Source: an uncultured Actinomycetota bacterium (GTDB lineage Bacteria > Actinomycetota > Actinomycetes > S36-B12 > UBA10799). Taken from it: 64,000 nt of DNA. Below, one piece after another: positions 63,094 through 64,000 of this stretch. The stretch lies in NCBI GenBank assembly GCA_963818505.1, contig CAWFSJ010000005.1:141540-205539 (forward strand). The letters are read 5' to 3'. The position numbers and the translations under genes were made by a program. A model generated the notes under the pieces. It ran no database searches. It saw only the letters and a list, made by a program, of their open reading frames with translations, and was not told the origin of the DNA. The first letter of the stretch is position 1, and every line of letters begins with the position of its first letter.

Positions 63094-63911
63094 GCTCCCC
63101 CAAAGGCTTCCAGCGACTGCTGGATGTGGCTTTGGCGCTGACCAGCGCCGGACGGGTCGGGCTGACGACCACAGTCCTGATGCAGCGGGTGGGATATCCC
63201 GACACTGAATCCGGCAAGCGGCAGATGATGCGCGATCTCGACGATCTGCGCGCCGTGGGGCTGGTGATCGAGAACGCGGCTGCGCTCGGTGAGGACGCCC
63301 GATATGTACTCAAGGCAGGGGACGTCAGGTGGCGCGTGGAGTTCACCGCCGAACAACGCACGGCGCTGCAGGCGGCGCTGGCAACGGCCGACGAGGGCGG
63401 GCAGGTGGCCGTCGCGCGCAAACCGTTGCCGGTGGACCTCGACCGGGTCAGGGAAGCGGTCCGGACCCACTGCGTGATGCGCTTCGGCTACAACGGCAAG
63501 CAGCGTGAGGTCGATCCGCAGTCCTGGCACTGGTCTGCCCACGAGCTGGTCGTGACCTGCTGGGAGGCCACGACAGGGATGTTCAAGAGCTTCACCGTCT
63601 CCCGGATCCAGGACTTGCACATCGGTGCGCCCGGGTCCGCCCGGCCCCCCGCCGACGTCGAACGCCCGCAGTTGGACCCCATCACGTGGAAGGTCGATCC
63701 CCCCGTCATCGCCGAACTGGATTGCCCTGGCTTCCAGCAGGATGTGATCGACTTAGTCGGAGGGGACGCCGATGGCGACCTCGTGTTCGTGGAAGTCACC
63801 AACCGACTGCTCTTCCTGGCACGGGTCATCGAACTGGGTTCCCGGGCACGGCTGCGGGGGCCCCAGGAACTGCGCGATGAGCTTCGTGACCTATTGATGG
63901 TGGCCGTATGA
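63090..63911 (+). CDS. HTH plus WYL-domain transcriptional regulator (PafB-like)
   Basis: N-terminal HTH, then a WYL-type segment (VMRFGYNGKQREVDPQSWHWSAHELVVTCWE...FTVSRI). ATGA overlap with the upstream gene. Confidence 0.7.
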   Translation: MSSPKGFQRLLDVALALTSAGRVGLTTTVLMQRVGYPDTESGKRQMMRDLDDLRAVGLVIENAAALGEDARYVLKAGDVRWRVEFTAEQRTALQAALATADEGGQVAVARKPLPVDLDRVREAVRTHCVMRFGYNGKQREVDPQSWHWSAHELVVTCWEATTGMFKSFTVSRIQDLHIGAPGSARPPADVERPQLDPITWKVDPPVIAELDCPGFQQDVIDLVGGDADGDLVFVEVTNRLLFLARVIELGSRARLRGPQELRDELRDLLMVAV

Positions 63912-64000
63912 GCACGCGCGCGTCGGACTCCTTCGCCCGGCTCTCGGCTGTACTGAACCTGCTGCACGCCCACCCGGGCGGCCTGCGTATGGACTTCCTG
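63908..64000 (+). CDS. 5' end of a second HTH (likely WYL, PafC-like) regulator, truncated by the window
   Basis: ATGA overlap with the previous gene. FARLSAVLNLLHAHPGGLRMDFL resembles PafC-type N-terminal HTH sequences. Confidence 0.45.
   Translation, partial: MSTRASDSFARLSAVLNLLHAHPGGLRMDFL

Overview
This is a high-GC chromosomal segment from an actinobacterium. The presence of mshD, mycoredoxin, an orphan GlnR and a GlgM-type glgA supports that placement; I cannot assign a genus. I call about 75 tightly packed CDS. Many are linked by ATGA, GTGA or TGATG start/stop overlaps. I recognised no rRNA, tRNA, CRISPR array, transposase, integrase or prophage genes.

Main blocks, in order:
- XRE regulator plus a Lys/Ala-rich HbhA-neighbourhood protein.
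- Asparaginase plus an RsiG-like protein.
- DUF4388 protein plus an orphan protein.
- Divergent glgA/glgC.
- pstSCAB, then NUDIX/His-phosphatase, CYTH-CHAD, ppk1, mshD and glnR, all on the minus strand.
- A redox/sulfur block: thioredoxin, DUF4395, DsrE, a 32-aa peptide, nitrobindin, Fur, YgfZ, mycoredoxin.
- Divergent Mpg and YcaQ DNA glycosylases.
- pgm.
- An 8-gene cofactor operon: PH-domain pair, MidA-like, DUF2520, panC, nadB, nadC, coaX.
- An AmmeMemoRadiSam locus with an embedded ANL ligase.
- A PLC-like membrane protein, a GH13 glucosidase and a DUF202 pair.
- A CHASE-GGDEF-EAL protein, typA, and a pterin dehydratase followed by two WYL regulators.

Most of the gene order matches what I remember of M. 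tuberculosis H37Rv, so this is largely core genome.

The best leads are:
1. The AmmeMemoRadiSam triad, whose function is unknown, is split by a translationally coupled adenylate-forming ligase inside a 7-gene block.
2. ppk1, CYTH/CHAD and NUDIX-HP form a polyphosphate operon with identical TGATG junctions, directly upstream of pstSCAB.
3. Two unrelated families of dispersed palindromic intergenic repeats are present. One family brackets the pgm block, and its second copy sits between two GC-rich minisatellites.
4. An unannotated 32-aa membrane peptide abuts a nitrobindin-Fur pair.
5. A candidate c-di-GMP-binding RsiG-like protein is present.

All family calls come from reading the translated sequences and from memory. 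No database search was run.
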